Positions 18,901 through 27,977 of a DNA stretch of 46,309 nucleotides are shown in pieces. The position numbers and the translations under genes were made by a program. This DNA comes from a virus. Under the pieces are notes generated by a model, which was not told the origin of the DNA, made no database searches, and saw only the letters and a program-made list of their open reading frames with translations. Where the stretch lies: the IMG/VR virus record IMGVR_UViG_3300045988_136632; one strand, given 5' to 3'. Position 1 is the stretch's first letter. Each line of letters opens with the position of its first letter.

Positions 18901-20034
18901 ATTTAGACTTGTCTTTCCTGTTTCTTCCTGTAGTCTCTTCATTTCTTGATACAATGCGTCCGTCTCAGCAACCAATTTACGCCCTTCTTCCGTGCTTTTC
19001 CGGTATTCATCAGATAATCCATTCAGAACTATTTTGTTCAATGAGTACTGAGCACTTAAATGTTCATAACTTCCCGCAGTACTTGTATTCAACTGATTAA
19101 GAAGTTTAATTTGCGTCTGAGTTTTCTTTATAGCATCTTTTTGACCATCCATAACAGAAGTCAGAGCCGCTGCCCTTTCTATGAATTCATTCTCAGAAAT
19201 CTTCCCAGAATCATATTCTTTGTTAAGTTCCTTCAATGAAGATTTGGTATTTACCTGTTCCTGCTGAAGCTCAATAAGATTCTTGAACAAATTTTGCATA
19301 TTCGTATCAAGACCATAAAAAGACTCCTGTAACCTTCCATTTTCATCATCAACACCCCTTTGTGATTCTTGAAATTTGTTCATTACAGAGTCAGCCTTTT
19401 GCAGACCGGCATTTACTCTTTCCATAGCAGCACGATAATCATCTATGCTCAAATCACCGGAATCAAAAGACGCATTCAGTTGATCAGAGATAGATGTCAG
19501 CCGGGCAACATTAGAAGATGCCTTATTTATTACATCCGAATATGAAGCCATCCCATTTTCACCCTTTTTTATGAATGCATCGTAATTCGTCTTTTCTACA
19601 TCTGACAATGCAGTATACAATTCATCGATAGAACGGGTTAATTTATTCGTATCCGAATTCAATTTTTCATAAGAAGCCCCTAATGACTTATTGGAATTTT
19701 CAGCAGATTTACTAATCGAATTCTGTTGTTGCTGAACTGACTTTAACAGATTCAATTCCTTTGTTGTAGCATTCAAAGAATCCGTAAGTTCTGATTGAGA
19801 ATAAGATAATCTTTCTGCATCCTCAGAAGCTTTACGAATAGTTTCACGTCCCTCTTTTGTTGCACCGGATACTTTTTTAAGGGAATTACTAAGCTGTTCC
19901 GCTTCTTTTTTCACCTTCGCAAGAGCAGACTCATATATGCCTTTCAATTCTTCTAATTGCTTGATCAGATCGGTTATTGAACTGTCAGGCTTAATAAGAT
20001 CACTGTATTTTATAGGATTATTGTTATCTGCCAT
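15958..20034 (-). CDS. tape measure protein
   Basis: 1358 aa with extensive coiled coil. It has hydrophobic segments (for example GIWGIPAAIAMIATMWGAFAAA) and sits upstream of the distal tail genes. Confidence 0.85.
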   Translation of the reverse strand: MADNNNPIKYSDLIKPDSSITDLIKQLEELKGIYESALAKVKKEAEQLSNSLKKVSGATKEGRETIRKASEDAERLSYSQSELTDSLNATTKELNLLKSVQQQQNSISKSAENSNKSLGASYEKLNSDTNKLTRSIDELYTALSDVEKTNYDAFIKKGENGMASYSDVINKASSNVARLTSISDQLNASFDSGDLSIDDYRAAMERVNAGLQKADSVMNKFQESQRGVDDENGRLQESFYGLDTNMQNLFKNLIELQQEQVNTKSSLKELNKEYDSGKISENEFIERAAALTSVMDGQKDAIKKTQTQIKLLNQLNTSTAGSYEHLSAQYSLNKIVLNGLSDEYRKSTEEGRKLVAETDALYQEMKRLQEETGKTSLNVGNYSADAQKLTTQIENQTKQLALLRLEGKQNTEEYQRLSRETAILRDALKDATAEVNNMASDTSNLDAVLGAASAASGGFSAYTGIMELAGVESENVEKAQKKLQAAIAVTTGVQAIQNSIQKQSALMLGISRLQQTALTKAKVYDRLVTMQGTKATISATVAQKAFNLIANANPYVLLATALVTVVGALTLFSMGTKDAAEKQKRLNEYQKAYSDYLEKESEEMNRTIYERITRLEQELSIAKARNAGLIEIRKIEDEILLLRTKAHNKSVGYYSDELRNLELNRYKLEQFRDLLINLQNLQKDDIKTTYIDVDLDGKIEKVKVDKAIENVQGQIDKLGHDVELGVNLETKGMELDTLIKAQYEQRKQEDKNIAKQETDILRKAEDIRISLIKNSFDQQRSQRKAANARSIADIKYQLETDNNLTEKARKSLNDSIISLRKQLDNELKEIDKQQNASELATIRLTEDAKIALLEEGADKQRELLRVSYERQIQDLTNSLNIERDSLTEIQKNEMESRLGYLRDQYTKDLNQLEDQITSDMLQKESDRIQLELEAVEEGSEKEIDLRIKLLQNQRKIELAQNRLLSKEMRQSEADINAKYDAQIVKELKAFGMDKIALNNELAVSEINALKISEKEKTKLILEETKKRLKAELALETKPDGTLTERGKIIANQIKEIDNEIDKTSKPSNIYELFGLNLTSEQEQAISTAAQYAIDAINSIADAKVQAAERAVEAADREVEAAQNALDAEREARANGYASNVEQAQKELDLAKKNQEKALKEQAKAQKQQEAINSLEQASNLVTASAGIFKSFSGVGIWGIPAAIAMIATMWGAFAAAKIKASQLTKGSEEKYGDGTVELLQGGSHQSGNDVDLGTKPDGTRRRAEGGEFFAVINKRNSRRFRKVIPDVIKSLNNGTFTDKYLAAYDGVNNISVNLKEKNTDLNDIRNDIREIKNRERTYRDANGDTITAYKNLKRRIKS

Positions 20035-20035
20035 C

Positions 20036-20791
20036 TTATTTTGATTTGTTTTTTGACTTCAAAGACTTCTTTATGAATTCAAATGCGTTGTAATATTCTA
20101 ATACAGTGTACTTCTTTGCATTGACATGTAGATGTTGTGCAATCATAAGACACATATTTTCGAATTGTTTATCATACTGTATTTCTACACTGTCGGTTCC
20201 GGAAAAAGACTGAGGATTGGTATAAGTAATCAGTTGACCTGTCAGATCATCGATTTCATTACTTCTATCAACTCCCTCAATGGTACTATTCAGCATTAGC
20301 AGTGTTCTTTCCCTCAAAAGATCATAATACTCCTTCACGGTAGAATCATCAAACAGCATGGGGAAATACAGTAGCATCTCTTCATCTATTTTTTTTTTGA
20401 CCGATTCCATATGGTCGGTCAGTTCCTTATTCGTCGCTTCTGCAAACAGATCCAACACTTTCTGTAATCCGTCATCGGTTAAATCATCTACCAATTTTCC
20501 GTCTATGCTTTTTACCAATGCTGCAAATGCCAGATGTTTCGGGCTTATTTCTGATTGTATGAAATAGATGTTCTGCCGGATGTTTCCTATCTCCTTTTCA
20601 GCCTTATCCGGCTGGTTTAAACGGCAATACCTTACTACTTTTTCCATATGTGCGTCCCAATCACTCAGATCGGAACCTACACCGGCATCTATAAGAAGCA
20701 TTTTATTGTACTTATGAAACCTGACAATCGGTAATTCATCAATACTGTCATATAACTCAACCTTATGCTTTGCAAGTACTATTTTTCTCAT
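20036..20791 (-). CDS. tail assembly chaperone-position protein
   Basis: ATG 20791 overlaps the TGA of the upstream ORF (ATGA). The longer track start at 20905 adds an implausible hydrophobic leader. The gene lies immediately upstream of the tape measure. Confidence 0.55.
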   Translation of the reverse strand: MRKIVLAKHKVELYDSIDELPIVRFHKYNKMLLIDAGVGSDLSDWDAHMEKVVRYCRLNQPDKAEKEIGNIRQNIYFIQSEISPKHLAFAALVKSIDGKLVDDLTDDGLQKVLDLFAEATNKELTDHMESVKKKIDEEMLLYFPMLFDDSTVKEYYDLLRERTLLMLNSTIEGVDRSNEIDDLTGQLITYTNPQSFSGTDSVEIQYDKQFENMCLMIAQHLHVNAKKYTVLEYYNAFEFIKKSLKSKNKSK

Positions 20792-21051
20792 AACAGACAC
20801 TTGATTAATGGAGTGGAACAAAAAGGTATTAACAATGATGTTAAATCGCCTGTTATAACTGCACAAATAACAGACAGAAATACAGAAACCCACCATGACA
20901 GACAAAAGTTACACAATGCCATCTCTGAGAAGAAATCATTACCGTGAACCTGCATCCACTCAATAACTCTCCATTTACGCAACAATGAAAGAATAAATGT
21001 CGCCAACAGTGCGACAATAACCATATGATATAAAAAATCCTGCATACTCAT
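20788..21051 (-). CDS. small multi-TM membrane protein within the tail module
   Basis: 87 aa with 2-3 hydrophobic helices. It is translationally coupled to the next gene by an ATGA overlap. Confidence 0.5.
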   Translation of the reverse strand: MSMQDFLYHMVIVALLATFILSLLRKWRVIEWMQVHGNDFFSEMALCNFCLSWWVSVFLSVICAVITGDLTSLLIPFCSTPLIKCLL

Positions 21052-21054
21052 TTA

Positions 21055-21627
21055 CTATTGATTATAACATGTCTCTTTAACCGTCATCACACCTTCGAAT
21101 CTGAATCCGGCAAATGGATGCATCAAAAATTGATTATCCAATTCGTTGAATGTAAATCCTTTAAAAACATTCTCCGCACGTTCGTATATACGGTTAATCT
21201 TAATACTTCCAGATTTAAGCCAGAAACCACCATTCAACGCACGCATGATTTGAAACTTTACGGCTTCCGTATTGCGATTGTCAGCCTCATTGGTAACCCT
21301 ACGCATATCCACCCATACAATAAGCGAAAATTGAGCCTTATAGTCAGATTGCCTGCCTGTGATCCAATCCACATCCTGCGGATCATCAATTACAAAAAAT
21401 GAAAAGTTACCCAACACTTTATCATCCGGTGCAATCAGTATATAATCATTGCCACCTGCATATACATCAGGTGTATAATATTTCTTTCCGTTGATGGACT
21501 TCACAAGACGTTCTGCACGTCCGAAGCTATGATCCAGCCACGGAAGATTATCAGCTAACCCTTTCTGTATATCGGATATCACCCTATCGAATAATTCTGG
21601 ATTCTTTGGTATTGGTACACGTTCCAT
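21055..21627 (-). CDS. probable major tail (tube) protein
   Basis: 190 aa. The call rests on position upstream of the chaperone and tape measure region, with no motif support. Confidence 0.4.
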   Translation of the reverse strand: MERVPIPKNPELFDRVISDIQKGLADNLPWLDHSFGRAERLVKSINGKKYYTPDVYAGGNDYILIAPDDKVLGNFSFFVIDDPQDVDWITGRQSDYKAQFSLIVWVDMRRVTNEADNRNTEAVKFQIMRALNGGFWLKSGSIKINRIYERAENVFKGFTFNELDNQFLMHPFAGFRFEGVMTVKETCYNQ

Positions 21628-21629
21628 TT

Positions 21630-22097
21630 TTATTTATTTAAAATTACTTCCTTTGCCTTTTTCATGAGATCCGGATAAATGTAATCCCATATAAGGCTCA
21701 ATATATTTTCATCCGTAAGACCGAGAATCTGACGGCCGTATTTCTTTATCAATGCTTCAGTTTTCCAATCAGATGCTTTTATTTCAAATTGCCTGTCACC
21801 GACTTCAATGTAGAAGCTACTTTCAAAATCACCTGTATCACGCAATGTCACACGGTTGGTTGGTTGTCCTTTCTCCTCCTTAATCGCTATAGTCAACGGC
21901 CGGTATGGAGCATAATCCATAATACTCACCCCAAGCCTGTTAACCCCTTCTTCATACAACTGAATTTCAGCATTCATATCAACTATATAAGCTTCGTTAT
22001 CCGTAATGATCCTTTGGATATACATGCCTGAAACCAGCCCCTCATTAAAGGTAACTACCCGACTTTTCAAATCTATTATAGACTGCAATCCCGCCAT
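21630..22097 (-). CDS. head-tail joining or tail completion protein (by position)
   Basis: 155 aa, tightly packed between structural genes. Confidence 0.4.
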   Translation of the reverse strand: MAGLQSIIDLKSRVVTFNEGLVSGMYIQRIITDNEAYIVDMNAEIQLYEEGVNRLGVSIMDYAPYRPLTIAIKEEKGQPTNRVTLRDTGDFESSFYIEVGDRQFEIKASDWKTEALIKKYGRQILGLTDENILSLIWDYIYPDLMKKAKEVILNK

Positions 22098-23431
22098 TAT
22101 GTTGTACGATAACGAACACCGTGATTATTACATGACAAGCAAATTCTATCTAATCCCTGTGTATCTAAACTCAGTGCTTCATAAGCCTTTTTTAAATCGT
22201 AGCCTAATCCACCCGGCCTACCTTGTGTATTACCGTCAAGTTCGTAAAGAATATCCATACGGGACACGTTGGATTGATTTCGATTTACGCGTACATCCGG
22301 ATTCATAGCCATTGTCCGCAATGCAATTGCGGCTACCTGCCTTTGTATCACTGTCTGAAATATCTGGCGTTGTGATATGATAAAATCAGTAAGATCACAG
22401 CCAACCGTTATCTCGCAATTAATACCATAATTCAGCGTATTGGTATAGATGTTTCCGGGAATATCCCAGAGTTCCGGATATTCTTCAAATGTAGTAGGTG
22501 CATTATACATGAATGGAGATATCTGCATGTACTTAGTAATCTGTCTCCATGTCTCCACACTACCGATATTACATGTACCACAAGGTTCACGGCTCCAATC
22601 CTTTGAAACATTGACAGCTTCCATTCCACGTGGTAGCTCGTCTTGATTATATACCAGATACCAAGCACCACCGGAGTTGTTTCCGTCACTGATATACGGC
22701 AGATAACAATCTTTTAATGGGAACCATTGGAACCCTCCATTCGTGACATTAAAATTCAGATAGAAAGTACGGATAGGGTCTATCTGCGAACTATGGAAGA
22801 GATACATCTTGATTAGTCCGGTACCACCGGTCATTTGAAGCCCGATACGTTCTATTTTAGTTGTCACTCCCATAGAACGGACAGGAACAATTTCCATTCC
22901 TACGAGTTTATGAGAATTCTGCAAAGTAGCACGTATACGTCCTGCACCATCAAAGAGTGTACGTCTTTCCAACAAATTTTTCGTCTCCTTATCCAAACCT
23001 TTCATTTGAGTAAAGGTTTGCACAACGGTATCTATACCGTTTATTGTCAGATTTTCAAGATAACTGGATAGCATATTGAAAGGCTGCCAAAAAGGATTGC
23101 CATAATCACGACTAAAGTCACCGTTAAAGTCGCTAACCGCTGGTTCTTGGTTAGTATTGCCCATTTTAGCCATCCACAGCATATTATTATGAGACACAAT
23201 ATCCCCTTTTCTATAAGGCGAAATCATGTTCCATTTCGGATACTGATAGCCCCAATCATCCGGTATTATGGCCGATATATTATTGAGAGTAACAAGAGGA
23301 TGTGCATTTTGAAAGTACAATCCGCTATCGGTACGCGTCAATGATTCTTCTATATGATGTGTAGGATTAAGAGCCTGTTGCCATCCCACAACATTAAGCA
23401 AAGCCTGTTCTATTTCTTTTAACCTGTACAT
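22097..23431 (-). CDS. virion structural protein of unknown role
   Basis: 444 aa, first gene after the capsid-gene terminator, with AAAGGGT immediately upstream of the ATG. Confidence 0.5.
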   Translation of the reverse strand: MYRLKEIEQALLNVVGWQQALNPTHHIEESLTRTDSGLYFQNAHPLVTLNNISAIIPDDWGYQYPKWNMISPYRKGDIVSHNNMLWMAKMGNTNQEPAVSDFNGDFSRDYGNPFWQPFNMLSSYLENLTINGIDTVVQTFTQMKGLDKETKNLLERRTLFDGAGRIRATLQNSHKLVGMEIVPVRSMGVTTKIERIGLQMTGGTGLIKMYLFHSSQIDPIRTFYLNFNVTNGGFQWFPLKDCYLPYISDGNNSGGAWYLVYNQDELPRGMEAVNVSKDWSREPCGTCNIGSVETWRQITKYMQISPFMYNAPTTFEEYPELWDIPGNIYTNTLNYGINCEITVGCDLTDFIISQRQIFQTVIQRQVAAIALRTMAMNPDVRVNRNQSNVSRMDILYELDGNTQGRPGGLGYDLKKAYEALSLDTQGLDRICLSCNNHGVRYRTT

Positions 23432-23438
23432 ACCCTTT

Positions 23439-23478
23439 AATAAATAAAGGGGATGAGGACAAATATCCCATCCCCTTT
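23439..23478 (-). terminator. rho-independent terminator after the major capsid gene
   Basis: Reverse strand GGGGATG, a 13-nt loop, CATCCCC, then TTTATTTATT. The stems lie at 23449-23455 and 23469-23475. Confidence 0.6.
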
Positions 23479-23498
23479 CATTGTGTCATATCTAATTT

Positions 23499-24596
23499 TT
23501 AAGCCGAAAACTGAGCAGCATTCGTCACATATACAGGCATACCCAAAGGAGTATTATCTGCACGTGCAGCAATCTCAGCCTTGATGATCGGGTTAGCGAT
23601 AGTTGCAGGATTACTGTTGTATGCAACCAAGAATGCAACATCAACTGAGAATCCGAAGAATTCTTTAACACCACAATTCAAATCTGCCGTTGCATCACCC
23701 CACAATTTAGACTGGTCACCAACTTCCGTATAGTAATGAGAACCTACCGGAAGATCAACAAACGGAATACGTACTACGTCCCATTCGTGGAAGTTAGAAC
23801 GAGCACGACGTAATGCTTCACGGTCAACACGGGTAAGCACTCCGACATTCCCGTCAACTACTGCGAACAGTGTTCCCATTTTGCCGGATTCGTCAACGAC
23901 ATTGTTAGTATAATGAATAACCTTGTTGTCGTATTCCATTCGTTTGTTGACGTCATTGTAGATACCATGCTGAGCCAATTTACGAATAAGTGCATCAACA
24001 CCGGCATTTCCGATCACGTGAATCTGTTCCGGATAACAGTTAGCACGCATCATAGGGTTAATATCACCTAAGATTTCAGTAGACATCTGAGTAGGAACTT
24101 CAATCACGTTACCGGTTACGGTATAATTCAGTTTAGATTTGAAAACCTGCGTCTTTTGAGCTTCCAATTGTGCAACTGCTGCTGAATCAAGAGCATTAGC
24201 CATAGCACGACTGATTTTCTCCATTTTGCGAAGCCAGTCATGTTCGTAACTGATTTCATTATTCATATAAGCAGCCGGCACCATCGTAAATCCTACCGCG
24301 TAAGTAGCCCATGTAACGGTATACAGCGCAGAAGTATTCTCATTATCAGCAATGACACATGAGCGAACATTGGACACCTGTACATTCTCATCATAGTTAA
24401 TGACAGGAATCTGTACGGTATTACCGATCGAAGCGAATGCACGTTCGCGTAATCGGGGGTTAATAATCGAATTACGTGCATCGGTCTGTTCTACGAAAAA
24501 ATCCAATGCGCCATACTCGCAAGGGCGGGTCATATTCCGGTCAAATTCGGGATCTTCAACACGCCAATTCTGTAATCTGGTTGCAATTAAACTCAT
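23499..24596 (-). CDS. major capsid protein
   Basis: 365 aa, downstream of the scaffold-like gene. It is flanked by an upstream conserved motif and a downstream terminator, which suggests high expression. Confidence 0.65.
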   Translation of the reverse strand: MSLIATRLQNWRVEDPEFDRNMTRPCEYGALDFFVEQTDARNSIINPRLRERAFASIGNTVQIPVINYDENVQVSNVRSCVIADNENTSALYTVTWATYAVGFTMVPAAYMNNEISYEHDWLRKMEKISRAMANALDSAAVAQLEAQKTQVFKSKLNYTVTGNVIEVPTQMSTEILGDINPMMRANCYPEQIHVIGNAGVDALIRKLAQHGIYNDVNKRMEYDNKVIHYTNNVVDESGKMGTLFAVVDGNVGVLTRVDREALRRARSNFHEWDVVRIPFVDLPVGSHYYTEVGDQSKLWGDATADLNCGVKEFFGFSVDVAFLVAYNSNPATIANPIIKAEIAARADNTPLGMPVYVTNAAQFSA

Positions 24597-24656
24597 ATCA
24601 AATATTTTTTTAATGTTATAAATACCGGGTTGACCCTTTACCCTTTCTTATTCTCT

Positions 24657-25604
24657 TTATTTCTCCGGAAGGGAAGAGATATTGTTATCTTTCCATGCCT
24701 GATCCATAGCAGTCTGGAATTCCGCAGAACCATTTGTCAGTCCTTGCGTCATAAGACTTGAAGCAATCATATCATATGCTTCTGTTCTTGTCTTTGCACC
24801 AGCTATGCTAATAACAGTACCCGAACCTGTAACACCAGAAGGAGGTTGTGTGCCGGTACCGACTTGTTGCCTGCCTTTATCCAAAACCCCCATCATATCC
24901 AATTCACGTTGAATCAATTCATCAGCCGTAAATGGATTCAATTGATTGTTCGGATTACGCATAATTGCGCCATTTTCATCTTTGAACGCAATGATCTGAC
25001 CGCCTTTCCCGTCATCGATCAGTTCCGGATGCATGTTTTTAATTTTCTCTGTCGCTTGACTAAGCAATACCTTAGTTACACTTCCCGGGAGCTCCGGTTT
25101 AAACTTCAAATTAGCCGTAGCAGCTTGCAATGTTGATTCCACACGGATACCGAACAGTTCTTTTTGATGGTTTTGTTCAGCGTTCTGGAATTTGGTATTA
25201 AGCTCATTATATTGCCCTGTAATAGCTGCAAGATCAGCTTTAGCCTGCTTCAAAGCCTTCGCGGTCTCCGCATCGGAAGCACCATCTTGGATAGCCTTTT
25301 CCAAACGCGATTTTTCTTTTGTCAGCGTATCAATAGTGCTCTGTAGCTGTACGGCACTTTCGGCCTTTGTCTTGAACTCACCAAGTACCCTTTTCGCATA
25401 ATCATACGTCTTTTCAGTGCCATTCTTTGCAATACCGGTAACAGACAAAATATCGGCATCCAAGTCACCGTATATCTTACCCGTTTTTTGAGCAATTACG
25501 CTATTTTCGTCATTTGCAGACAAAGTTGTGATAGCTGCCAACTGTTCGTCACTCAATCCGGCCAATACCGAATTTGCTTTTAAAACTTCTACTGTTAATG
25601 CCAT
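24657..25604 (-). CDS. scaffolding protein
   Basis: 315 aa, Ala/Gln/Lys-rich and helical, lying between portal and capsid. Confidence 0.55.
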   Translation of the reverse strand: MALTVEVLKANSVLAGLSDEQLAAITTLSANDENSVIAQKTGKIYGDLDADILSVTGIAKNGTEKTYDYAKRVLGEFKTKAESAVQLQSTIDTLTKEKSRLEKAIQDGASDAETAKALKQAKADLAAITGQYNELNTKFQNAEQNHQKELFGIRVESTLQAATANLKFKPELPGSVTKVLLSQATEKIKNMHPELIDDGKGGQIIAFKDENGAIMRNPNNQLNPFTADELIQRELDMMGVLDKGRQQVGTGTQPPSGVTGSGTVISIAGAKTRTEAYDMIASSLMTQGLTNGSAEFQTAMDQAWKDNNISSLPEK

Positions 25605-25635
25605 GATTTTACCCTTTAATCATTTATGGTTAATA

Positions 25636-26136
25636 TTATTCTTCTGCTTCTTCAGAAGATTCCTTTTTAGGCCTGCCCGGTTTCTTTGCTTCCTGAATAA
25701 TGCCAGACTCTTTCAATTCAGCAAGGATTTCCGCTTTCAGGGCTTCCTTCTCAGCTTTTTTCCGTTCCTCTTCAATCCTGGCTTCCTCCTCTGCCTTAAG
25801 CCGTGCCTCTTCCTCTTCTTTAGCAGCCTTTTCTTCTGCCTTTGCAGCTTCCTCTGCTTTCTTTGCAGTTAAGTATTCGTTCGGATCGTGCAATACAGTA
25901 ATGGTGTGACCATGCTTTTTCAAGTTATGATAAACACCTTCTTCGTAAGCTTTTTTACCGAACACTTGAACACGTGGTGTGCTCAATCTCTTACCTGTAT
26001 CTGAATCGAACTTTCTAACTTCGATAAGGCAGTGGTACAAATGTTCTTCCCCTTTGGGAACAATGTAATTTTCCGGGGTAACGTCAAAAATAGACACGTC
26101 TTTAGTCTCCCCGTTGACTCCTGTTTTCACGAGCAT
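25636..26136 (-). CDS. hypothetical head-module protein with a highly charged KAEE-rich tail and a GRPKK AT-hook-like motif
   Basis: The track start at 26142 is TTG, and the ATG is at 26136. The C-terminus is a K/E/A low-complexity stretch ending in PGRPKK. Confidence 0.55.
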   Translation of the reverse strand: MLVKTGVNGETKDVSIFDVTPENYIVPKGEEHLYHCLIEVRKFDSDTGKRLSTPRVQVFGKKAYEEGVYHNLKKHGHTITVLHDPNEYLTAKKAEEAAKAEEKAAKEEEEARLKAEEEARIEEERKKAEKEALKAEILAELKESGIIQEAKKPGRPKKESSEEAEE

Positions 26137-27823
26137 AATCAAAAAATTTATTAGTTATTACTGATATCTTTTTGTCAAAAGGCACCTGTGTGCCGAATTC
26201 AAGAATGTTCATGTTCTCTCTTTCGAATCGTCGCACATAGCTTGCAAAATTCAGCTTGATACGCAGTTCATCCTCACTAATCAAATTCTTACCATAGAGA
26301 TCTAAAATCTCTGTACGGGTCAAATGCCGATAAGGTTCAAGTTCTGACAGTATCAACATTCGCTGCATCTGCGTCGGATTATTCCGGTATTCCGTCTCTA
26401 TGATCTGATTTTGCAACGCATCCAATTCTCCCTCACTCGCACCTGCTTCTTTTGCCGATTTATACCTTTGACGCAATTCATTAGCATCATACAGGTAAAA
26501 TTCAGTACCGTAATTGACTTTCGCTGAAACAAATTGTTTACCATATCGCAAGCGACAGACGGTCTCATCGACAAATTGCTGTGCGGATTCAAATCCCTTT
26601 TTAATACGGTTCAAGACAGTGCTTTGGCTTTCGAATGCGGCTTTCACCTGCTGTTCATTGAATGCTTCACGTTGCGTTACTTCCTCATTTTGTCCGACAA
26701 CAGCCGTTATGATATCGTCACGTAGTCTTTTTTCTTCATCGACATTATAATCAAGACTGCTACGGTCAACAGAAAGCATCTGAACAGGATTATGTAAATC
26801 AGGCTGTTTTTCGCCCGGGATAGGTATTTCAACAAATGATCCGGCACCAACTATGCGTTTATTTCCGCATTTAGGGCACCGGAGAAGTTCAAGACCGAAC
26901 TGGTCAAACTTATAGTGCCCATCCTTATCCCGGATAAATCCTCCATCGCAATAATCCCCATTATTTCCATTGCTAAAATCGCATGCCTGTTCATAACCGG
27001 AATAAATAGGGTATGCACCGTAGAGATCAAGATGTCTTTTGCTGATGTGAAAGAACAGGAACCAATCCAATGCTTCCAATTCCTTAGTTAGAGGACTCAA
27101 CTTAATATCTGGTTCCCTCAAATTAACCGGTTCATCCCAAAAGAATCTTGCCGGGCAATAACCTAAATCATGAGGATTCTCAACAAGCAGCTCCCCTATA
27201 TTATTTTTTTCTTCCCGAAATATGCGGTAACTATCCCTGTCGATTACAGCAATACGGCCAAAATCTTGACGGAATATTATAAAATCCATTATTCCGGTCG
27301 TAGGATTTGCCTCATAAGTGATTACACTTTCGATCGGAAGCCAATAGAAATAGGGTTCTGGATATTTGCCGGTAGATTGCTCTGCCGGCAAATCAACAAT
27401 AAGAATGCTGTTTATCTCCGTTTTGAAAAACTCCCATCCTTTTTTACTCCAAACCTCTGGTTCATGCAGGACATCTTGCCGGTAATATTCCCAATCATCC
27501 CTTTGGTCACTGTTGAGGAACTGGTAATTGAACGCAGGGTTGCGACCGTCGAATATCCGAGAAAGCTTGTCAAAGCAAATGGACGTTACCTCATTCGTGC
27601 GAATAGGATAACGGAAAAGGGTCTTAAAGATCTTAAATTTATCATGCGGAAGAATGTTACTAACCATCGCAAGAAAGTCAGTAACAGGCTGAGATATAAT
27701 CGGAGTAGCGTATGTCTGAGCATGGAATTTAATCCGGTTTTGCTGGATTATTGCTCTCGATATCGTTCCTCTTTTCTGAGGTTCCGTTATCTCTTTTCTT
27801 ATTTGATCGATTGATAAACCCAT
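26102..27823 (-). CDS. portal protein
   Basis: About 573 aa, lying between terminase and scaffold. The track start at 27835 is TTG, and the ATG at 27823 gives MGLSIDQ. Confidence 0.65.
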   Translation of the reverse strand: MGLSIDQIRKEITEPQKRGTISRAIIQQNRIKFHAQTYATPIISQPVTDFLAMVSNILPHDKFKIFKTLFRYPIRTNEVTSICFDKLSRIFDGRNPAFNYQFLNSDQRDDWEYYRQDVLHEPEVWSKKGWEFFKTEINSILIVDLPAEQSTGKYPEPYFYWLPIESVITYEANPTTGIMDFIIFRQDFGRIAVIDRDSYRIFREEKNNIGELLVENPHDLGYCPARFFWDEPVNLREPDIKLSPLTKELEALDWFLFFHISKRHLDLYGAYPIYSGYEQACDFSNGNNGDYCDGGFIRDKDGHYKFDQFGLELLRCPKCGNKRIVGAGSFVEIPIPGEKQPDLHNPVQMLSVDRSSLDYNVDEEKRLRDDIITAVVGQNEEVTQREAFNEQQVKAAFESQSTVLNRIKKGFESAQQFVDETVCRLRYGKQFVSAKVNYGTEFYLYDANELRQRYKSAKEAGASEGELDALQNQIIETEYRNNPTQMQRMLILSELEPYRHLTRTEILDLYGKNLISEDELRIKLNFASYVRRFERENMNILEFGTQVPFDKKISVITNKFFDYARENRSQRGD

Positions 27824-27977
27824 TCTCTTTGTCAAACTTAAAACTTGAATTTGCCGGTAAATACCACCCGCCGTTATTCTGCATTCTCAGCAGCTTATCG
27901 GCATGGGTGATTCCAAATTCTTTCTCGATATTCAACGAATCACATCTTAATGTAACTGTTGTTGTCTTTGCCTTCAT
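27729..27977 (-). CDS. small hypothetical protein overlapping the portal 5' end
   Basis: 82 aa, with an ATGA overlap to the upstream gene. Its 3' end overlaps the portal ORF by about 95 nt, so one of the boundaries is uncertain. Confidence 0.4.
   Translation of the reverse strand: MKAKTTTVTLRCDSLNIEKEFGITHADKLLRMQNNGGWYLPANSSFKFDKENGFINRSNKKRDNGTSEKRNDIESNNPAKPD

Noticed and set aside
27170-27814. 214-aa + strand ORF inside the portal gene, and the many other antisense ORFs (for example 1479-1679, 2356-2598, 3935-4162, 4505-4702, 4805-5056, 6073-6282, 8160-8550, 8667-8972, 9729-10010, 11304-12595, 14799-15056, 15661-15921, 16097-19100, 20358-20947, 21058-22308, 22432-23344, 24293-25909, 26398-26750, 27751-27984, 28315-28545, 30779-31042, 31989-33134, 34025-36206, 36502-36708, 37526-37943, 39097-39318, 40528-40737, 43086-43337, 44553-44780, 46069-46287)
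   Set aside because: These are shadow ORFs embedded in, or antisense to, longer genes with clear functional signatures or operon register. Their composition is low-complexity or hydrophobic, typical of antisense frames in AT-rich DNA.
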